The position numbers and the translations under genes are program-made. The notes beneath the pieces are model-generated. The model saw only the letters and a list, made by a program, of their open reading frames with translations, had not been told where the DNA came from and ran no database searches. Below, piece by piece: positions 36,463-48,407 of a DNA stretch of 64,000 nucleotides. This stretch comes from Callorhinchus milii (taxonomy: Eukaryota). Positions within the stretch are counted from its first letter, which is position 1. Every line of letters starts with the position of its first letter. Where the stretch lies: NCBI RefSeq assembly GCF_018977255.1, contig NW_024704743.1, forward strand, positions 93,622,001-93,686,000, given 5' to 3'.

Positions 36463-38997
36463 CCATCATCATAAGAATGTCAAAATTGTGTATAACACTG
36501 CAAAGTAGTATCCAATAGATTCATACGCATTTATATAGTTACATACCATCTGTTTTCTTCACAGAATAAGACAAAGAATATTCACCTCTAACTCTGGATG
36601 ACTTAAGAAAATGCTTTACATTTTAATGTTTCTTGTAGACTGCCATTATTGTCCATAAAATAAAGCCTCATTCCCTTAGAACCATATAAGTTTGCAGCAT
36701 AGAAAACTCCAATTTGGCCCACCTTGTCTGTGCTGGTTCTTTTAAAAGCAATCCTTTCAGGCCCATTTACCTGTTCTTTAGTTTAGTTTGGTTTACATAT
36801 TTATCTTGTTCCCTCTTAGAGCTAACAACTTTCAATATATGTTTCACTAAAATTTCTCAGTGTTAGAAATGCTGAATTTAGGTTCAGGTTAATATGGGTA
36901 GTTCAATTATTGACATTATCTCCCCAACCACTTCCCAGTCAAGCCATCTCATGAATGCTAATATTTTCAATAAAATTGTTTGAACACAGGAATGCCAAAG
37001 CTTTGCTTTCTTTTTAGTGAGATAATAATCTCACATATATGTACAACACTGTCAAGTAATGGTGCTTGGTCAATTGCCTTAGCTAAAAATTGCCATAGAA
37101 TCGAACCATAAGTCTACTTTCAACAGGATGTCCATTTAAAACAACTGCATTCAGGATTCAGTCCTTTAACTCAGGCCTCTAAACTTCCATTTGCACTTCA
37201 CAGTCAGAAATGAACAAGAGACAAGCTGACTTTGCTGTGCAGAAACTCCTCATTATACCATGGATCTTATCTGGATAGATGAGGTGATACAACATTGCTA
37301 GTTTTGCAAAACGTTATTTACTGATCATTAGTGAGAGGAAGTCGGGTGTTTTGATGCCAGTACAAGCATTAAAAAGACATTGACAATTAGAAAAGATTGG
37401 TTAGTCCACAGGGTCCTCTGGATAATTGAAATTTCATCTAACCTGAGCCTGGAAGTCAATTTTGTTTTAAAATCATTACACAGAATTAAGGAAAAATCTT
37501 AAATTCAGTCTTAATTTGAAAGCTGTTTTTTCACAGTGTTGACATTACAGGTATTGCCAGACATTGCTCTTGAGGAGGGAGAGAATTCACCTCATTCTGT
37601 GCTGTAAATTTCCTGATCTCTGTAAGTTCAGTAATTATTAACTACTATATCTAGACCAACTAGTGCATCTAGACAAATTGTTGTATCAAGATTTTTGTCT
37701 AACATTATTCATCTCTGACCAGTTGTCTTGCTTGGAATTAGAGTTCCAGGTTCTAGAGCCATTTGCCTAAAACATGATTGGCTCTGCCCTGTCTTCTAGC
37801 CCTAAATTATACTTTTAAAGGTATTAAGACAACATTTACATTTCCAGCTAGGAGTCTATTGCGTAGCTTCCATGCCATTAGAATAACATTCCCTCATGTC
37901 TTACACCTTGCTTGAAGGCTGCGAACACAGTGTTAAGGTCATGCCATGTATACCAGGCCTGTTATTTAGGAAGAATTAAATTAGGAACCCCAAAGATGAT
38001 CCCAAAGGTAATGTACTTGTGTGAAAAGACAAATGAGAAACCGTCGGGATCATGAAATGAAGCTTTCAGCTGGACTGTGAGTATCGGCATTCACACATCT
38101 CTTATATAGCAGCCAGGTGCCTAATGTAGACAACTTTAGAGCCCTAGTTCCAAGAATATCTTTATCTCTCTTCTGTAAGATATCTGCAGGAAAGGAAGCA
38201 AAACAAGCATGAGATCATTTAACAGGATGAGACACGAGTCAGAGAGAAGGAGTAACCCTCTGTGAGGCGGCAACATTAGTGGTAGTGGATGTGCCACACA
38301 TACTGCATCCATCCTCCCTTGTGACAGACTATTTTTCGCAGTTAATCATAGGTAAATCAGAAACTATTTTAATGACATAATAGTTTTTATATCACTTTAA
38401 TGAGACACAATTTTTTTTAGATGAGCTCTGGCTCCTAGGATACAGAATTAACAAACAAATAACTTCTACAGTAAACTTCCAGTAATAGAAAATACTTTTA
38501 TCTTTTTTTTAATCAAAACTTCTCAGCCAATTTTCACCCCACACATTTGTAACCACTAAAGTTTATTTTCTTTTTGTATGGAGGCATGAGGGGCAATTAG
38601 ATAATTCAAGCTGGGGAACCCTGTTTACACGGTCACTTTGCTCATATATAAGAGGTATTATGAGCTTTATGGCTCATATCTGTCACAAATACTGAATTCA
38701 CATTCCTTCTGCAAGGCAACAACAACAACTTGCATTTATATAGCTCCCCTCACGCAGGGTAGCAACCCAGAGCTCATGACAGTGGTGGTGATATTTCCCC
38801 TCTCCTGTCCTTCATTTGTGGGACATTACTGTGTATAACTTGGCTGCCACATTCACCCACAAAAACACAGTCACTACACATTACAGTATATTCGGTGAAG
38901 CGCTTTGGGATGCCCTCTCAACTTGAAAGGCATAATACCAAATGTAAGCATTATTATTAGGACTATTACACCACCAACAACAAATTGCATTTACTTA

Positions 38998-39164
38998 CAG
39001 TTAATTTCTGTTAACTCATCATTCCAAGAGAAAAGGGCCCAGTGACAAGTTATCTGGAGTTAGTTATCTGGCGAGTTAGGCATCTGTATAAATAAATGCG
39101 TCCAGGATATTGATGATGACTTAAGTGGCAGTGATAACTTCAACAAGTTATCCGGAGTTTACTG
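38998..39164. mobile_element. Tc1/mariner (pogo/Tigger-like) MITE
   Basis: TA|CAG start; end AGTTATCCGGAGTTTACTG is the reverse complement of CAGTAAACTC(G/C)GGATAACT, seen in a second partial copy at 9828-9900. Confidence 0.6.
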
Positions 39165-39599
39165 AAGTACTTTCCATGTCACAAAAACATCTCAAGGCGC
39201 TGAATATTATTATGATTCAGTGTTATTTATACAGATATATATGTATGATGCATCTAATTTCTGACACCTAAGAATACACCTTTTGTATCAAGGTACAACA
39301 GCAGAGAAACCTTTCCATCTAAAACCCAGTAAAAATCTAATAACCTATATTTCTATACAGATTAAAAATGGAAATTTCAATCTAAGCAAGTAGAAAAAAA
39401 AACATTACTTTATGAATCAACTTAACTTGCAGCTTTAAGCCCTGTTTACACTGGCACTTCAAGATCACAGTAGACATAATGTCTGCTTAAAACCAGCCTT
39501 CAATTGCCAGTTTAAACCCCACAAATTCTACATTCCAAATCATCGTGTTATAAAATAATCCACCTCTGTTTAGCTTTTTCTTCTCTCTCTCCTGATGCA

Positions 39600-40030
39600 T
39601 TACTTCTCTTCCTCCAATTTTCTCACCTCTACTTCTCACCTAAAGGCATTAAATTCCTTTTCCTTTCTTCTGGGATAACATTCCATAGGTGCAGATGCCC
39701 TCCACATCACATCCAAGTGGCCATTATTCAAGCATAAATGTTGGGCAAGCTTTTCAACCGTTTACCTATGAAAACTGAACTAAGTCCTGTCAGCCCCAAT
39801 TCTCACACGCGCACACTTTTCAGCAGGGGTCTCTCGATAACAATCTGGGACTGGAAGTCTGGTTGATTATTTTTCCCCTTCTCTAATCTGCGACCAATTG
39901 TAACACCCCACCTACTCTATTGTCAAATGCAAGAATTATTATTATTGTTATTACTGTCCTATCTGAAATTAAGTCATAATGCAGCCTTTAAGCCTATGCC
40001 TTTCTAGTCCGTACAGCTGAGTACTACACT
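39600..40030 (-). mobile_element. Old SINE-like repeat of a separate family
   Basis: ccaagtggccatt...cacacttttcagcaggggtc...ccaattgtaacacccc; probable related pieces at ~43490-43586 (+) and ~60050-60130 (-). Confidence 0.5.
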
Positions 40031-43000
40031 AAATGGTGCCTTTGCCCACCAAAAGGCTAGCTTTTATGCCAGGACCAATTTGGGTGGAGGAAGAGGTCAG
40101 TCTTCAGCAAATTTTATTAATTTCTCATCAATACATTATGAATTGCAACCACATGCTAGCCACAACATGGGGCTTGAACCCCAAATCTTTTAATCCGAAG
40201 GCGGGCACAATGCCAACCACACCAGGCTGTTTATGAAGGCAAGTACTATCTGGTGTAGGCACATATGCAGAATGCACCTTGCAGGTGAAAAGTGATTCAC
40301 AGACGGCCAAGGTGCTCTTTTCTATCTCCCCAGACTTGAGCTATCATGATTCCAACAGTCTTAGTAAAACTAAAGTACAAGTTCTTCAGTCACCCAAACC
40401 ATTAATTCTGTTTGCTTCAACCTTTTCTACCCTCTTTCAGGACAACATAATCTTGTAGAGAAATAAACAGTGGCTAATCTGTGTTGATTATCTACAAATT
40501 GTTCTCAGCTTGTTCAGCATTCTATTTGAATGGTCACTATTATACAGAGGACAATAAACCTGATTCTAATTTGATCAACCCTGAGCCTCAAATCAGATTT
40601 CCAGATCACATGAGGTAGTGCACATCACAGACTGATACATATGACCGTTTCATCATTTTTTGTTAAGCATTCATGCCAGAAACAGTGGGTTTCTGTCCAG
40701 TGCCTGCCATAAGGAATACATTTAAAAAAATAACTAAATTAGGCCACATTTAGCAAATCTTCGTTTTAGTCCAGCTTGATCAGATCAGTTACATTTGACT
40801 CTCAATAGTCTCCTCTCCCCCAGATCTCCTGATAAGACTTCACCCTGCAGTGAACCACAGCTACACATCGATCAGAATCTCTCCATTCATCCATCTCTGA
40901 TAGACGTGATGGAAGCAAACAGAAATACGAAAAAGGTGCCACTCAACTTTCCGCAGTCACTGAAAAATCGCCTCTAAAAAGAAATTTTATTTAACCTAGG
41001 GCTCTGCAGGCAATATGCAACTGAACTTGGAAGCTCTTTCCCAAACCTGGATTGATACAGATGTCCATGATTACACCCACAAAATATACAGTCAATTCAC
41101 TTAACAGTATATTCTGTGAAGCACTTTGAGATGACTTGAATACACGATTAGGTGCAATATCAAATGCAAGGATTATTATTTGCAAAGTGCATCGATATCT
41201 CATCTTAACCTGCAAGTTTCCCGTTGATTATATTGAGCTCAGGCCACCCTACCCTATTAGGGGTTGGCTTTCCGGAGCTGAACAGAAGATTTTTACATTC
41301 CATGGCAATGTCACCTTGCATCAATTGTGAGCATGATTTGGAGCTGAAATTACAGAGTATTATTCAAGCTCCAACTTTTAAACGTTTACACTAAATCTCA
41401 CTTTGAAAAATTTATGTTTTTGTAAAAAGACAGAAAATGTTGTTGCCATATCAGATCAAAGGTAGCTAGTCTAATTTGCGATCTTTATTAACATAATTAA
41501 TCCATTAAGGTTTCCATAAACTGGCAGAATCTCTGCTCCAGAAGAAGCCATTGTCTCTTTCCATTGATCCGTAGGTGCTTCATTTGTGAGACTCAGAATC
41601 TTTATTAAAAATACTGGAAATTATTTCTATTGTTAAAGGTTTGAATTTGAGGTTTGAGATACTGTGTTTACATCCTCCACCCTTACATTGATTTGTTTTG
41701 GTCAACTGGGTGTCTGACATATGAAGAAACCCATCACCATGCTCAAGAATATCTAAACCAGACTGAGAGCTTCATGCATGGAGCTCCATGCACAATACAC
41801 CTACTCATGGAAATGCCTGTGTTTGGAATGAAATGCACATTCTCTCCCCAGTCCCAAAGAGTATTTTGCACAGGTTGGCTCGATATTGCTCCATTAAGAG
41901 ATATCTGAAACAAATTTGTGGGTCCCTGTAATTGACAAAAATTAATTATGAGGGTTTTGAATTTCCAGTTAGTCTCTGTTGACTAACCAGAATCTTCTAG
42001 GTGCGAGCTTGACTCAGTTGATCTTTCCATTCCAAAGTGACATTGTGGGCTTTGAAGAAGTGGAATGCTCTCTTCCAGAAAGTTGTAAAAGAAAAAATAG
42101 GAATGTAGTAGGCAAATAATAATAATAATAATAATCCTTCCAAGGCAGTGTTGATGATGGACCAGCCATCTTGTCTTGTTAGCAGGACGAGGCGAGTGCT
42201 CTAACTACTGAACCACAGGTGAACTGGCTTAATCAGGTCTTCTTATTTCATGTATTCCTATGTAAAACAAGATCAGAGTCCACCCCTGGCCTCCAAACTC
42301 AATGCCCTTCAAAACTGACGTATAATTGTATTGGCACTTGCACGGTTTCACAGAGAGCTGCTTTAAAGTGTGAAATATATATTTTAGGTAATGGAAAATC
42401 AATTGAAAGTCATGCAAAATGGTGTAGTTATGTTCTGTTTTGGAAAAAACCCATAAACTGCGCAATAATATGAAAATTTTATAACTGTGCTGGCACCATA
42501 CCCAGAAAAGCATGAATAAAAGTAAAAGATCATAATGTAGTGCTTGAAATTAATATAATTTGGGTCACCCTGTGCCAGTACAGAATTATTACCTTTTAGT
42601 CTCCTGCTGGAGCATCTGCATCATAAATTAAGGAATGCTGTTATTAATTTGTGTATCTGCACTTCATCTTCCATTAGCTTTTATTTCATTTATTATTAAG
42701 TTTAACAGCAGAGAACAATATTTCTAGCAACGACAAGAGAGCTGTATAAGAAACTGTTGAAGCGTATATCTGGAAGAGCTAAGGGAAGGACGAGTCACTT
42801 ATTTGGCTTGAACCCAACCTGAGATAGAAACAGCTGACGGGCCAGAGCAGAACAGTGAGGAGCCAGAAACAGTTCACTGTCGATCCCACAAGCACTGTTT
42901 GTGTGCTGCAATTTTACTGTCATCCTCTATCGTGGGATATGATAGGTGTACAGTTATGATCCAATCCAGCATATTTTTAAATACTTATGCCCTGACTTAA

Positions 43001-43586
43001 CTTGGCGTGATTTGATTTCCTGGCAATGAGCTCTTTGTGAACCCATCAGCTGTGACCACGTGATTTTTACATGGACAGTCCAGTCTCAGTGCTGCATGAT
43101 TACCAGAAGGCGTTTTTTTTATTGTGTGTTTAAGTTGGCTGTGATCTAGTTTGGGCTCTGAGAACGAAGAAAGACCCCTTGGCTCATCTAAGGCTCAGTC
43201 CGACATTGAAAATCCCTGGTTTGCCAACCACTATTTTCTCATTCCATGACTACTTATGAACCTCAAACACAAGATGAACTGTGGTGAAGCATAAAAATAG
43301 TTCCAAACACATTATTTCTCATTGCCTTTTGGTTAGTCTCATTTTTCGGGCTGTACTGATGTTGCTGATTCTTTCCAAATCGATGTTTTTAAGGGAGTAC
43401 ATTTTGCAACATTTGTGTACTTTGGTATACAGCTTTATGTTCAAAACTTTGTATTTCTTGTACTAAGTAGATAAATGCTAGAAATCATGCCTGATGGCTC
43501 TATGGGTAGACAGATTGTGAAGTGATACTGAACCATACAGACCTAGAAAGTCCCAGGTTTAATCCCTGGTCTGTGCTTATATAGCC

Positions 43587-45415
43587 AACAACAACAACAA
43601 GATTACATTTGTATCGCGCCTTTCACATCGGGAGGACATCCCAAGGCATGGGACATCCGCTGAAGTTTCGGACCCGAGTTTGGGGTGGGGATCAGGGCGG
43701 GTGGAGGGCTGGGGGAAAACAGAGTGATCAAACAACAACAACAACAAGATCACATTTGTAGAGCGCCTTTCACGTCAGGAGGACAGCCCAAGGTGCTGGA
43801 CAGTGTACAGCATTTCAGACCCGAGCTGAGGTCGGGGGGGGGGAAGGGAAGGGAGGGGAAGAGGGGTGACCAATAGCATAGTCGAAGAGGAGGGTTTTGA
43901 GGTGGGACTTGAAGGAGGCTAAGGAGGGGGTGAGGTAGAGTGATTGGAGGATGGAGTTCAAGAGGTTGGGGGCAGAGTGGCTGAAGGCTCTCCCGGCAAC
44001 GGTGGGGCGGGTGGATCGGGGGACATGGAGCAGGCTGGAGCCGGCTGAGCAGAGGGAGCGGGCGGGTTGGTAGGGGCTTAGGAGGTCACAGGGATAGGGT
44101 GGGACGAGATCATTGAGGGCTTTGTAGGTGATGACCAGGATTTTGAACTGGATCCTCTGAAGGATAGGGAGCCAATGGAGTTGGGCGAGAATGGAGGAGA
44201 TGGGGTCACGGAGATTGGTACAGGAGAGGACACAGGCTGCAGAGTTCAATTCCAGGCAGGGCGAAACCTTGGGCAAGTTTCCTTACTCCACACGCCTAAT
44301 AATAATCCTTCCAAAACCAAAAACAATAATAAAATTGGTCATTTTCCATCTACGACTGTTTATGGGACATTGCTGTGCGCAACTGGCTGCCGCGTTCGCC
44401 CACAAATATACAGTCAATTCACTTTACAGTATATTCTGTGAAGCGCTTTGGGACGTCTAGAAGACGTGAAAAGCGCTATATCAAATGCAAGGATTATTAT
44501 TATTATGGGTTATCTGCAGCCTGTGGAGGGAGGAGTTGGGAAGGCCAACAAGCAGGGGCGTTTGCACATTTGAGCCTGGAGGTAATGAAGGCATGAACAA
44601 GAGTTTCAGTGGCCTGAGGGGTGAGGTAGTGTCAGAGTCGGGCGATGTTACAGAGGTGAGGGAAGGCAGAGCGGGTCATGGCTTAGATGTGGGGAAGAAA
44701 AGACAGTTGAGGGTTGAACAATACACCTGGGTTCCTGACTGGGTTGGTGAGTTGAAGTGTGCAACCATGGAGGTTGATGCTGCCAGAGCCTGAGGTGCAG
44801 AGGCGCTGGCGTGAGCCAATCAGGAGGGCCTCACTCAGTCTTGTTCACATTCAACTGTAGGAAATTTGCCCTCATCCAGGACTTGATGTCCGACAGACAG
44901 ACTGTCAGGACAGCAATGGTCCTGGAGTTGAGAGTGGAGGCAGAAAGATAGAGTTGGGTGTCATCCGTATATGTTGACCTCATGTCTGCGGATGATGTCA
45001 CCAAGGGGGAGCATGTAGACAGATACACCAATGGATATTGAAGAGGAAGGGACCAAGGACAGAGCCCTGAGGAACACCACACAAGACGGTGCAGGGGCTA
45101 GAGGAGAAACGGTTTGTGGTGATGAAGTGGAGGTGGTGTGAGAGTTACGATCTGAACAAGACAAGGACACAGCCGTGAAGGTTGAGGTGAGAGGAGACGC
45201 GGTGGATAAGGATAGAGTGGTCGACAGTGTCGAAGGCAGCAGAGAGGTCAAGGAAGACGAAGAGGCAGAGAGAGCCCTGGTCGCAGATGGACTGAATGTC
45301 ATTTGTCACTTTGACCAGGGTTGTTTCTGTGCTGTGGGCAGCACCGAAACCCTATTGGAGGGGTTCATGAAGGGAGCGGCAGGAGAGGAAGGAGCGAAGC
45401 TGAGAAGTAACGACT
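43587..45415 (-). mobile_element. L2 RT-to-tail fragment preceded by an extra L2 tail; SINE nested inside
   Basis: Two (CAA)n tails at 43587 and 43731; YTDDTQLY...WMRANFLQLN; LHWLPILQRIQFKIL. Confidence 0.9.
44242..44505 (+). mobile_element. Young SINE, copy 6 (5'-truncated at the B box)
   Basis: Begins GAGTTCAATTCC; L2 resumes tgggttatctgcagc. Confidence 0.9.
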
Positions 45416-45678
45416 AATTCCAGGATCAATGTGTAGATGGGGATTTCAGGACCTTATTGCTAAATCGGTTTCTCTCATTAGTTATTGGATGTAAGAAGTA
45501 TCTGTATCTGTGATTCAAACAGTCAGTGGCATTAAGTTTATTTAAGCAAGTCATTGATATGATGCTTATCATAAAGTCTCTACTGCTGCATCAGACTTTA
45601 ACAGAAAGTTACGAATGCTTTAATGTATTGTGTCAGGAAGCCTTAGGTTTATCCTTATATTTATTAACATTTCAACCT

Positions 45679-45990
45679 GTGGAGTCCCATAGCTCAGTGG
45701 TTAGAGCACTCGCTTTGCAAGCGAGAGTTCAATTCCAGACAGGGCGAAACCTTGGGCAAGTTTCCTTACTCCACACGCCTAATAATAATCCCTCCAAAAA
45801 ACCAAACAATAATAAATTGGTCATTTTCAATCAATGACTGTTTGTGGGACATTGCTGTGCGCAATTGGCTGCCGCGTTCGCCCACAAATATACAGTCAAT
45901 TCACTTTACAGTATATTCTGTGAAGCGCTTTGAGACGTCTGGAAGATGTGAAAAGCGCTATATCAAATGCAAGGATTATTATTATTATTA
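45679..45990 (+). mobile_element. Young SINE, copy 7
   Basis: Full match with a small deletion before the B box. Confidence 0.92.
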
Positions 45991-46134
45991 TAACCTCTTG
46001 ATGCTGCATAGAAAACCTTGACTATTGGTGAAAGCAAAGTATTTGAACAAAGCAGTGGTTAGAAACCGGTATGACCCAAAGTTTAAATCTGAATATTGCA
46101 CTTCCTGACAGCTGAGTTGCAAGTACTAGTACTA

Positions 46135-47361
46135 GACCACACTATCCTCCTCCACTGCTTGTCCTCCCACCTCAACCTTCAAGGCCCTGTCCTTGAGTGA
46201 TTTAGGTCCTACCTCTCCCACCGTCTTCATTTTGTTTCTACTAACGGCTTTTCTTCCAGCCCTCGCACTGTCTCGTGCGGTGTCCCTCAGGGCTCTGTCC
46301 TCGGTCCCCTCCTCTTCACCCTCTATATGCTCCCCCTTGGTGACAATGTCCGCAGACATGGGGTTAACTTCCACATGTATGCGGATGACACCCAACTCGA
46401 CCTTTCCTCCTCTACCCTCAACTCCACAACTACCAATTTCCTGACATCGAGTCCTGGACGAGAGACAACTTTCTTCAGCTCAACGTGCGCAAAACTGAGG
46501 CCCTCCTGATTGGCTCGTGTCAGTGCCTCCGCACCTCAGGCGCTGACACCATCAGCATCCAAGGCTGCACTCTCCACCTCTCAAAGCCAGTCAGGAACCT
46601 CGGTGTTCTGTTCGACACTGAGCTGTCCTTTCTTCCCCACATCCGCGCCACAACTGGCACCGCCTTCCACCACCTCCGAAACATCGCCAGACTACAGCAC
46701 TACCTCACCCCTCACGCTGCTGAAACACTGGTCCACGCCTTTATCACCTCAAGGCTGGACTATAGGAACTCTCTCCTCGCCGGCCTTCCCGGCACCTCGC
46801 TCCACAAGCTGCAGGTCATTCAGAACTCTGCAACTCGTGTACTGTCCCGCACCAGGATACGCGACCACATCACTCCTACTCTCGCTCGCCTCCACTGGCT
46901 CCCCATCTCCCAGAGGATCGAATTCAAGATCCTCATCCTCACCTACAAGGCCATTCACGGCCTTGCTCCCTCCTACCTCTCCGACCTACTATCCCCCTAC
47001 TTACCTGCCCGTACCCTCTGTTCCTCTGGCTCCGGTCTGCTCCACACCCCCCGCCCTAATTGCCCTACCATCGGTGGCCGGGCTTTTAGTCTCTCAGCCC
47101 CTAGGCTCTGGAACTCCATCCCCTAGTGCCTTCGCCGCTTCCTTCCTTTCCTCCTTTAAGGCCGGTCTCAAGACCTTTCTCTTCAACCGTGCCTTCACCT
47201 CCCCTCTCGACTCTCTAACCCCTGTTCGCTTCCTCCCTTCCTTCCCCTCACCCTGACCATTTCCCCCCTGCTCGGGTCCCGACCTAACTGTCCAGCGCCT
47301 TGGGACATCCTCCCGACGTGAAAGGCGCTCTAAAAATGCAATCTTGTTGTTGTTGTTATTG
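46135..47361 (+). mobile_element. Young 5'-truncated L2, copy A
   Basis: [22 protein letters not shown] 46485..47126, tail (TTG)n. Confidence 0.93.
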
Positions 47362-47609
47362 TAGTGCCTATGTGGACAGGCCAGATTGTCAAATGAGGTG
47401 GGAGAAGAGCACTGTTGAAATATATGTGATTAAAAGAAGGCTCAAAGTAAGATGGTGAAAGTCTGGGATTAGATTGACAATATTGAGAGTACTTTTGTAT
47501 GATACATTAACAAGACTGATTTCTTTAGATGGAAGTCAGGGAAAATTATATTCAGATTTAGGCTTTGACAATAACACAACTGAAAATATTACAGTGGTTC
47601 AATTGCAAA

Positions 47610-47900
47610 GAATCCTTGCATTTGATATAGCATCTATAGCATCTCAAAGCTCTTTGCACATTTTCTGTAAAGCACAGTGACTCGCAGTGATTTGCACATT
47701 GCAAAGTTCCACAAGCAGTCATGAAGTGAATGACAAATTTTAACTGCACGATTTTTGGCAAGGACACAGAAAGAAATTCCCTTCTCTTTCTGAATGGTGC
47801 CATCCTCGACATCCACCTGAACAAGTGGATCAGACCTTAATTTAATGTCTCATTCAAAAGATGACATTTATGACAATACAACATTCCCTAACAGAGCAAA
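47610..47900 (-). mobile_element. DeuSINE-type fragment
   Basis: Tail plus gaatggtgccatcctcgacatccacctgaaca core. Confidence 0.65.
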
Positions 47901-48090
47901 AATAATATTAATAATAATAATTCTAGCACCATCTCACATTGTCAAGACATTGCAAAGCACTGCACAGTATATACCGTAAAATGATGTAACTGCATATTTT
48001 GTGAGCAATGGAGTGGCAGTCTAGATTATGAGCTCAACATTTTGAGGTGAAGTTTGAACCCACGATCTTCTAACCCAGAGGCAAGAGTGC

Positions 48091-48407
48091 AATAATAATA
48101 ATAATAATCCTTGCATTTGATATAGCGTTTTTTAGGTCTTCTAGAAGTCTCAAAGAGCTTCACAGAATAGATTGTAAAGTGAATTGACTGTATATTTGTG
48201 GGCGAAATGTGGCAGCCAATTGCACACAGCAGTCTTCCACAAACAGTCGTGGATTGAAGCAACCAATTTATTTATTTTTTTCTTGAGGGATTATTATTAG
48301 GCGTGTGGAGTAAGGAAACTTGCCCAAGGTTTCACCCTGCTGGGAATCGAACCCAGGTCTCTCGTTTGCAAAGCGAGTGCTCTAACCACTGAGCTACAGG
48401 ACTCTAC
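48091..48407 (-). mobile_element. tRNA-Ala-headed SINE, copy 8, inserted in a DeuSINE head
   Basis: Full rc match; flanks gaacccacgatcttct...gagtgc | aactaagcc are a split DeuSINE head. Confidence 0.88.
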
